Shown here piece by piece: positions 26,047 to 32,000 of a stretch of DNA of 32,000 bases. A program made the translations under genes and the position numbers. Positions within the stretch are counted from its first letter, which is position 1. Each line of letters begins with the position of its first letter. The notes under the pieces were generated by a model. It did not search any database. It was not told where the DNA came from and saw nothing but the letters and a program-made list of their open reading frames with translations. The stretch comes from Mycolicibacterium smegmatis (GTDB taxonomy: Bacteria; Actinomycetota; Actinomycetes; Mycobacteriales; Mycobacteriaceae), in assembly GCF_001457595.1 (NCBI RefSeq), contig NZ_LN831039.1, positions 3,420,001 through 3,452,000 on the forward strand. The letters are read 5' to 3'.

Positions 26047-26061
26047 TACGCTCGGGCTGTG
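26047..26061 (+). promoter_or_regulatory. Candidate -10 (TACGCT, TANNNT type) 6 nt before GTG 26059, suggesting a possible leaderless transcript
   Basis: Read directly. No Shine-Dalgarno sequence between the -10 and the start. Confidence 0.25.
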
Positions 26062-26961
26062 GCGGTCAGCACCAATCGGCTCTCGTCCGCGATCACGGCA
26101 CGGCCTGTCGTCGCGACGGCAGTTGGTGCCATCGGAATTTCGTCATCCGGGTTGTTTGTCGCGTTGTCCGCCACATCGCCGGGCACCGCCTCGTTCTACC
26201 GGTGCCTGTTCGCTCTGCCGCTGCTCGCACCGCTGGCGGTGGCGGAATGGCGGGGCGGCGGCTCGCCGACCGCGGCTCAGCACGGATGGGCGGCGCTCGC
26301 AGGTGTGCTGTTCGCGGCTGATGCGCTGCTGTGGACCCAGGCGATCTACGAGGTCGGAGTGGGCCTGTCCGCGGTACTGGTCAACACCCAGGTCGTCATG
26401 GTGCCATTGCTGGCGCGGCTCATCGATCACGAGTCGCTCAGCGCGCGGTTCGTCGTGCTGCTCCCGGTGGTCGTGCTCGGCACCGTGTTGGCCGGCGGAG
26501 TCCTCGAATCGGGCGTGGTGGGCACCGCACCGGTGGCAGGCACCGCCCATTCCGTCCTTGCCGCCCTGTGTTATTCGATCTTCCTGTTCCTCCTGCGACG
26601 CGGAGGCCCGGACCGGCCTCTCGTGCAGTCCTACGTGACCATCATGGTGTCCGCGGCCGGGGCGGCTGTCGTCGGTGGTGTGCTCTGGAACGGCGTCACC
26701 CTGAGCCCGGGGTGGGATGCGGCGGGATGGCTGATGTTGACGGCGATCAACGGCCAGGTTCTCGGTTGGCTGCTGATCGCGCTGGGCAGCCCGTCGCTGC
26801 GTGTCGAGATCGGTTCGGCGGTCCTGCTGTTGACACCGGTGGCGGCCCTGGTGCTCGGCGCCGTCTTTCTCGCACAACAGCCGTCGCTTCTCCAGATCAT
26901 CGGATCGGCGATGATTCTCGCGTGTGCATACCTCGTCACGACAGGCCGTGCGAGCAGGTGA
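26059..26961 (+). CDS. EamA/DMT-family transporter (10-TMS)
   Basis: 300 aa, highly hydrophobic, with a two-repeat EamA layout. Confidence 0.85.
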   Translation: MAVSTNRLSSAITARPVVATAVGAIGISSSGLFVALSATSPGTASFYRCLFALPLLAPLAVAEWRGGGSPTAAQHGWAALAGVLFAADALLWTQAIYEVGVGLSAVLVNTQVVMVPLLARLIDHESLSARFVVLLPVVVLGTVLAGGVLESGVVGTAPVAGTAHSVLAALCYSIFLFLLRRGGPDRPLVQSYVTIMVSAAGAAVVGGVLWNGVTLSPGWDAAGWLMLTAINGQVLGWLLIALGSPSLRVEIGSAVLLLTPVAALVLGAVFLAQQPSLLQIIGSAMILACAYLVTTGRASR

Positions 26962-27060
26962 TCAGCGGACTCGGATGACGATCTTGCCGAACGCTCCCCG
27001 GTTCAGATGCTCGAACGCCGCGATGGCGACGAATTCGTAGGACGTGGTTGGACCTGTGAC
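26962..27060 (-). pseudogene. 3'-terminal remnant (about 32 codons plus stop) of an MDR/zinc-type oxidoreductase gene
   Basis: The minus-strand frame reads VTGPTTSYEFVAIAAFEHLNRGAFGKIVIRVR*. This resembles the canonical C-terminus of quinone-oxidoreductase-type MDR enzymes (compare ...YERLGAPGKFGKIVLTP* of the intact gene at 27191). There is no start codon and no MDR-like sequence upstream in that frame. Confidence 0.45.
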
Positions 27061-27190
27061 ATCATCTGCCGGGCATATCCCAATGCGCGCAGTGCGTTTT
27101 GAAGTGTGTACCAGGCCCGCCGCGGTCCGGTTCGTGTGTTGATGATTTTGACGACTCCCGAAACGGTCGTGCAGCGGGGGCGAAAGGTGG

Positions 27191-28150
27191 TTGATGATGA
27201 GGGCAGTGGTGATTGGAGGGGGTCGGTTCCGTCTGGAACAGCGTGCCGACCCGGTCGCAGGTCCCCACGAGGTGCTCGTCGAGGTTCGCGCCGCCGGTCT
27301 GAACGCGGCCGATCTGCAGCAGGCCCGCGGCGACTATCCCGCGCCCGCCGGGTGGCCGGCGGACGTTCCCGGCCTCGAGATCGCCGGTGAGGTCATCGAC
27401 GTCGGTGCCTCGGTCACCGGCGTCGCGGTGGCGGACCGGGTCATGGCGCTGGTGGGTGGCGGTGGGCACGCCGAGCGCCTGGCCGTGCCTGCGGATCTGT
27501 TGCTCCCGATCCCGCGTGATGTGTCGTGGGAGCAGGCGGGCGGATTCCCCGAGATCTTCAGCACAGCCTGGGACGCGCTGGTCACCCAGGCGCAGGTCGG
27601 CGTGGGGGATCGCGTGCTGATCACCGGTGCGGCCGGCGGTGTCGGATCGGCCATGGTGCAGATCGCCGCGGTCACGGGTGCGCACGTGGTGGCCAGCGTG
27701 CGACGTCCCGAGTTGCACGCCAAGGTGAAGTCCCTTGGCGGGGAATCACAATCCCTGGCGGTGGTGTCCCCGGATGACGAGGCCGACCACGGCCCGTTCG
27801 ACGTGATCGTCGAACTCGTCGGCGGTGCCGATTGTCTGCAGCGGGTGGAGCTCCTGCGCACCGGTGGCCGGTTCCTGATCGTGGGTGTCCACACCGGTGC
27901 CACGGCGTCGTTGCCGATGTTCACGCTGATGCTGGCACGGGCGAAACTGATCGGTACGACCATCCGGGGACGAAGCCACGCCGAAAAGGCCCTTATCGCA
28001 AGAACCATCGCCGGCAAAGTCGTGCCGTTGCTCGCCGATGGGCGGATCCGGGTGCCGATCGAGGCCACCTACGGTCTCGATGAATACGCGGATGCCTACG
28101 AACGCCTGGGCGCACCGGGCAAGTTCGGCAAGATCGTGCTGACCCCCTGA
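27191..28150 (+). CDS. NADPH:quinone oxidoreductase (zeta-crystallin-like MDR)
   Basis: 319 aa. MRAVVI..., Rossmann ITGAAGGVGSAMVQIA, C-terminal GKFGKIVLTP. TTG 27191 or ATG 27194 as the start. Confidence 0.85.
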   Translation: MMMRAVVIGGGRFRLEQRADPVAGPHEVLVEVRAAGLNAADLQQARGDYPAPAGWPADVPGLEIAGEVIDVGASVTGVAVADRVMALVGGGGHAERLAVPADLLLPIPRDVSWEQAGGFPEIFSTAWDALVTQAQVGVGDRVLITGAAGGVGSAMVQIAAVTGAHVVASVRRPELHAKVKSLGGESQSLAVVSPDDEADHGPFDVIVELVGGADCLQRVELLRTGGRFLIVGVHTGATASLPMFTLMLARAKLIGTTIRGRSHAEKALIARTIAGKVVPLLADGRIRVPIEATYGLDEYADAYERLGAPGKFGKIVLTP

Positions 28151-28194
28151 ATCGCGCGCGACCGCGTCGGGGCGTTGCGGTGAGCTGTTGGCGG

Positions 28195-29103
28195 TCAACG
28201 GCTCTGCGCCAAGGCCCGGTAGCCTTCCCACACACTCGGATACTCGGGCCGCCAGTTCGTCGCGGTGCGGAAGCGTTGGTTGCTGACCCGCAGTGATCTC
28301 GTGAGCGACGTACTGCGATCGCCCAGCAACAGCGCCGCCTGCCCGGGAACTGTCACCCAAGGCGCACTGTTCACCGCTGCGGCCATCGCGCGAACGTTCT
28401 GCTTCTTGGTCACGGGTTGGTCGTCGACGATGTTGTAGGTCCCCGCGTCGCACCCCAACGCGGCAACGACAGCCCGGGCGGCGTCGCCGAGGTGTATCGA
28501 TGACACGTACGCGTCGGCGCGGCCGGCCTGGAAACCGATGTGCCGGCGCGCGAGATCCATGATGAGATCGCTGTTCGACGCACCGGGGCCGTAGAACAGT
28601 CCGAACCTCAACACCACGGCATCTCGGCCCGAGCCGCCGAATCGGCGGGCATTCGACTCCGCGGCATGGTTGCCCACTGCAATCGGGAAGTGGTCGACCG
28701 CCGAGTCCTCGTCGATCCAGCGGTCGCCGTGATCGCGGTAGATCATCGCCACCGATTCCTGGATCACCCGTGCCACTCCCGCCGCCAGTGCGGCATCGAC
28801 GACAGCGGCCGATCCCTGGGTGCGGATCCGTTGGCATTCGGCCCAGGCCGACTTCAGCATGAACCGTTGCGGAGACGGCAGCGCAGAAGCCAGATTGACC
28901 ACGGCGTCGTGGCCCTGGAACGCCGTCGTGAGTGCGGCCGGATCGAACAGCGAGAGTTGAACCGGCCGCGCACCCTGGGCACGAAGGTCCGCAGCCTTGG
29001 ACTCACTTCGGGCCAGCGCCGTGACGTCATGGCCCGCCGTCACCAGCGCGGAAATCGCATGACTCCCGATCGCGCCGGTACCTCCCGTGACGAACACCCG
29101 CAT
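28195..29103 (-). CDS. NAD-dependent epimerase/dehydratase-family (atypical SDR) protein
   Basis: 302 aa from ATG 29103 (MRVFVTGGTGAIGSHAISALVTAGHDVTALAR). Confidence 0.85.
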   Translation of the reverse strand: MRVFVTGGTGAIGSHAISALVTAGHDVTALARSESKAADLRAQGARPVQLSLFDPAALTTAFQGHDAVVNLASALPSPQRFMLKSAWAECQRIRTQGSAAVVDAALAAGVARVIQESVAMIYRDHGDRWIDEDSAVDHFPIAVGNHAAESNARRFGGSGRDAVVLRFGLFYGPGASNSDLIMDLARRHIGFQAGRADAYVSSIHLGDAARAVVAALGCDAGTYNIVDDQPVTKKQNVRAMAAAVNSAPWVTVPGQAALLLGDRSTSLTRSLRVSNQRFRTATNWRPEYPSVWEGYRALAQSR

Positions 29104-29174
29104 CGCCCACCCCCAGTCGCGCCCCGACCCCATCTATACGCGCCACGCTCACGGGAGGGACGGAAACACGCCGC

Positions 29175-29187
29175 CGACGGCCCGTCG
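29175..29187. repeat. Perfect 6+1+6 palindrome CGACGG-C-CCGTCG in the divergent epimerase/usp promoter region
   Basis: Self-complementary on inspection. Any operator role is speculative. Confidence 0.25.
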
Positions 29188-29231
29188 CACGCTAGTGTCT
29201 GGACGGCGCACGACCGGGTGAGGAGGCGGCC

Positions 29232-29720
29232 ATGGGTGGCTATCGAACAGTGATCGTGGGAACCGACGGTTCAACCTCGTCCATGCGAGCGGTCGAACGT
29301 GCGGGCGCAGTCGCCGCACAGGAGAACGCGAAGCTCATCATCGCGACTGCGCACTTCCATCACGGCGAGAAGGGCGGATGGGCGCGTCCGCCCGCGCCGG
29401 ATCAGGTACGAGATCGCCGTGCCGAGGACGCGCTCGGTCGCGAGGGCTATCGGATGCACGGTGACGCGGACGCGTACGAGGTCCTGCGGGACGCCCGAGA
29501 CGTCGCGTACGGCGCCGGTGCCCGCGACATCCATGAACGTGTGGTCGAGGGCGCACCCGTCGCGGCGCTGCTCACACTCGCCAAGGAGGTCGACGCCGAT
29601 CTGATCGTCGTCGGCGATGTGGGCCTGGACTCCGTGGCCGGTCGTCTGCTTGGCTCGGTGCCCGCCGAGATCGCCCGCAAGTCGAAGGTCGACATCCTCA
29701 TCGTGCACACCGCCAACTGA
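29232..29720 (+). CDS. Universal stress protein (UspA family, ATP-binding type)
   Basis: 162 aa. YRTVIVGTDGS..., and a C-terminal G-x2-G-x9-G-S motif (GDVGLDSVAGRLLGSV). GAGGAGG Shine-Dalgarno sequence. Confidence 0.9.
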   Translation: MGGYRTVIVGTDGSTSSMRAVERAGAVAAQENAKLIIATAHFHHGEKGGWARPPAPDQVRDRRAEDALGREGYRMHGDADAYEVLRDARDVAYGAGARDIHERVVEGAPVAALLTLAKEVDADLIVVGDVGLDSVAGRLLGSVPAEIARKSKVDILIVHTAN

Positions 29721-29746
29721 CAGCTCGGCGGTTCAGCGTGGCCGTC

Positions 29747-29761
29747 TAGCATGGCGCCATG
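29747..29761 (+). promoter_or_regulatory. Candidate -10 (TAGCAT) 6 nt before ATG 29759, suggesting a possible leaderless transcript
   Basis: TANNNT hexamer at 29747-29752, 6-nt spacer, then ATG. No Shine-Dalgarno sequence. Confidence 0.3.
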
Positions 29762-31060
29762 ACTCTGCACGCCGACGCTGCCCATCCGGATCTGGTGACC
29801 GTCGAGGTGCCGACACATTGGTACAACCTCGCCGCCGAGTTGGATCAGCCGATCCCGCCGCACCTGCACCCGGGTACCAAGGAACCGGTGGGTCCCGACG
29901 ATCTGGCCGCGCTCTTCCCGAGCGGCCTGATCGCGCAGGAGGTGTCCACCGAGGCCTACATCGCCATCCCCGATCCGGTGCGCGAGATCTACTCGATGTG
30001 GCGGCCGTCGCCGCTGATCCGGGCGCGGCGGTTCGAAAAGGCGCTCAACACCGGGGCCCACATCTACGTCAAGTACGAGGGTGTCAGCCCGGTGGGTAGC
30101 CACAAGACGAATTCTGCTGTCGCGCAGGCCTATTACAACAGCGTGGACGGGGTCCGCAAGCTCACCACCGAGACCGGTGCCGGCCAGTGGGGCAGTGCGC
30201 TGGCGTTCGCCGGGGCGCAGTTCGGCCTGGAGATCGAGGTGTGGCAGGTGCGCGCGTCGTACGAGTCGAAGCCGTACCGCGGCCACCTCATCCGGACCTA
30301 CGGCGGTGTTGTCCATTCCAGCCCGTCGGAACTGACCGAATCGGGCCGCGCGATCTTGGCGAAGGATCCGAACACGACCGGCAGCCTCGGTATGGCGGTC
30401 AGTGAGGCCGTCGAGGTCGCCGCCGGGGATCCGGACACCCGTTACGCCCTCGGCAGTGTGCTCAACCATGTTGTGCTGCACCAGAGTGTCATCGGCCAGG
30501 AGGCCGTCGCGCAGTTGGCCGCAGTCGAACCGAACGGCGCAGACCTCGTGTTCGGTTGCGCGGGAGGAGGTTCCAACCTCGCCGGGTTGGCTTTCCCGTT
30601 CCTGCGTGAGAAGATCCACGGTCGTTCCGACCCGAAGGTGATCGCGGCCGAACCGGCGGCGTGCCCGTCGATCACCCAGGGGGAGTACCGCTACGACCAC
30701 GGTGATGTCGCAGGTCTCACGCCACTGCTGAAAATGCACACGCTCGGAATGGATTTCGTGCCCGATCCCATCCACGCGGGCGGTCTGCGCTATCACGGGA
30801 TGGCGCCCGCGCTCAGCCACACCGTCGAACTCGGCCTCGTCCAGGGCGTGGCCATCTCACAGCACGATGCGTTCTCCGCGGGTGTGCAGTTCGCGCGGAC
30901 GCAGGGCATCGTGCCGGCGCCGGAGTCGACGCATGCGATCGCCGCGGCCGCGGCGCACGTGGCAGACGATCCGTCGGAGCAGGTCGTCGTGATCGGTCTA
31001 TCCGGACACGGCCAACTCGACCTGCCGGCGTACGCCGAGTATCTCGACGGGAAGTTCTGA
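29759..31060 (+). CDS. TrpB-like PLP-dependent enzyme (TrpB2 subfamily of tryptophan synthase beta)
   Basis: 433 aa. N-terminal extension ...PTHWYNLAAELDQPIPPHLHPGT... and the PLP-lysine motif GSHKTNSA are typical of TrpB2. There is no trpA or any other trp gene nearby. Confidence 0.85.
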   Translation: MTLHADAAHPDLVTVEVPTHWYNLAAELDQPIPPHLHPGTKEPVGPDDLAALFPSGLIAQEVSTEAYIAIPDPVREIYSMWRPSPLIRARRFEKALNTGAHIYVKYEGVSPVGSHKTNSAVAQAYYNSVDGVRKLTTETGAGQWGSALAFAGAQFGLEIEVWQVRASYESKPYRGHLIRTYGGVVHSSPSELTESGRAILAKDPNTTGSLGMAVSEAVEVAAGDPDTRYALGSVLNHVVLHQSVIGQEAVAQLAAVEPNGADLVFGCAGGGSNLAGLAFPFLREKIHGRSDPKVIAAEPAACPSITQGEYRYDHGDVAGLTPLLKMHTLGMDFVPDPIHAGGLRYHGMAPALSHTVELGLVQGVAISQHDAFSAGVQFARTQGIVPAPESTHAIAAAAAHVADDPSEQVVVIGLSGHGQLDLPAYAEYLDGKF

Positions 31061-31156
31061 AGCCGGCGTCGGTGATCTCGCGCCTCGGAACTTCGGTGTT
31101 TCGGCGCCGTCAATACGAGGTATATCGCTCAGCGTCCCCGAGCAGGAGGAATGACG

Positions 31157-31987
31157 ATGAGCGTGAGCGCCCGCCCGGTACACGGTGTCCTTGACAAAGC
31201 AACGGACAGTACAGCTTTCGAATACACGGCGCGGGCCGGTTTCGCCGCGAGTGGCGTTCTCCATCTGCTTGTCGCGTACATCATCCTGCGTCTCGCGTTC
31301 GGGTCGGGCGGTAACGCCGATCAATCGGGTGCGCTCGCGACGCTGGCCGCACAGCCCGGCGGAGCGGTGGTGCTGTGGGTGGCCGCGGCGGGTCTGGTCG
31401 CCCTCGGGCTGTGGCGCGTGGCAGAAGCGGTGATCGGATCGAAGCCGGGGGAGAGCCGCGGAGGAGGCAACAACGCGGCCTCGAATCCAGCCTGGAAGCG
31501 TGCCAAAGCGCTGGGGCTGGCGATCGTCAACTTCGCGATCGCGCTGTCGGCGGCACGTTTCGCCACGGGCGGCGGACAGTCCAGTGGCGAGCAGAACGCC
31601 GGACTGTCAGCCCAGCTGATGCAGACCGGCTGGGGCAAGCTCGTCCTCATCGCGGCCGGCCTCGGCGTGGCCGCTGTCGGCGCTTACCACATCTACAAAG
31701 GCGTGACGCAGAAGTTCTTCAAGGACCTGCGCGTGCGAGGGGGCACCGTGATCACCGCGGTCGGCGTCACCGGCTATGCGGCCAAGGGCGCCGTCCTCGC
31801 CGGTGCGGGACTGCTGGTGATCGTTGCGACACTGCGAGCCGACCCGGCCAAGGCGGCGGGACTCGACGCTGCGGTCAAGACTCTCGGCGAGGCGCCCTTC
31901 GGCAAGTTCCTGCTCGTGGCGGCCGCACTGGGGATCGCGGCTTTCGGACTGTACAACTTCGTTCGCAGCCGCCACGGCCGGATGTGA
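31157..31987 (+). CDS. DUF1206-family integral membrane protein
   Basis: About 276 aa with three repeats of paired TM helices (ARAGFAASGVLHLLVAYIIL...). ATG 31157 is preferred over ATG 31151 because AGGAGGA ends immediately before 31151. Confidence 0.75.
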   Translation: MSVSARPVHGVLDKATDSTAFEYTARAGFAASGVLHLLVAYIILRLAFGSGGNADQSGALATLAAQPGGAVVLWVAAAGLVALGLWRVAEAVIGSKPGESRGGGNNAASNPAWKRAKALGLAIVNFAIALSAARFATGGGQSSGEQNAGLSAQLMQTGWGKLVLIAAGLGVAAVGAYHIYKGVTQKFFKDLRVRGGTVITAVGVTGYAAKGAVLAGAGLLVIVATLRADPAKAAGLDAAVKTLGEAPFGKFLLVAAALGIAAFGLYNFVRSRHGRM

Positions 31988-32000
31988 CCTACCCGGTGTT

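Noticed and set aside
29150-29190. A GGGAC half-site upstream of the usp gene, considered as a DosR box.
   Set aside because: The partner GTCCC half-site at the required spacing is absent. It does not match the 20-bp DosR palindrome.
1-32000. Whole-window scan by eye for tRNA or rRNA genes, CRISPR repeats, IS elements with terminal inverted repeats, integrase or transposase genes, toxin-antitoxin pairs and known defence-system genes.
   Set aside because: I recognised no T-loop/acceptor-like tRNA signatures, no regularly spaced direct repeats and no transposase, integrase, nuclease or helicase defence-type ORFs. A proper tRNAscan, Rfam, ISfinder or DefenseFinder run could still find something I missed.

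Overview
High-GC (roughly two-thirds G+C by eye) actinobacterial chromosomal DNA. The Mycobacteriaceae-like attribution is an inference from F420-type enzymes, DUF1206/DUF1348 proteins, a LAL-type LuxR regulator and leaderless-looking starts. I support about 30 densely packed protein-coding genes plus one gene remnant. I saw no rRNA or tRNA genes, CRISPR arrays, transposases, integrases or phage structural genes, and no canonical defence or secondary-metabolite core enzymes. Content in order: an EamA transporter 3' end and a small deazaflavin-oxidoreductase-like gene. A potA-potD-potB-potC polyamine ABC importer operon (minus strand). A co-directional minus-strand block of alpha/beta (epoxide-type) hydrolase, SAM methyltransferase, isopropylmalate/isocitrate-dehydrogenase-family enzyme, MarR and a DHA2 MFS efflux pump. 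A signal-less LysM-repeat protein and an alpha/beta hydrolase. A regulator-dense stretch of LAL-LuxR, MmyB-like HTH, ECF sigma factor and a winged-helix::alpha/beta-hydrolase fusion. A tightly coupled five-gene redox operon (DUF1348, MDR reductase, Gfo/Idh/MocA, LLM/F420, SDR). Then a membrane-anchored PAF-acetylhydrolase-like lipase, an aldehyde dehydrogenase, an EamA exporter, a quinone oxidoreductase, an epimerase-family SDR, a universal stress protein, a stand-alone TrpB2-type PLP enzyme and a DUF1206 membrane protein. The best candidate for something undescribed is the 14.7-18.5 kb segment. It holds two unusually long (about 480 bp), AT-richer non-coding gaps with perfect palindromes around an MmyB-like regulator. 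It also holds an ECF sigma factor with no recognisable anti-sigma partner, followed by a DNA-binding winged-helix domain fused to an alpha/beta hydrolase with an intact catalytic triad, a possible ligand-hydrolysing one-component regulator. That gene heads a 10-gene co-directional array. This is inference from domain signatures read by eye; nothing here could be checked against databases. The rest of the window looks like ordinary accessory metabolism.
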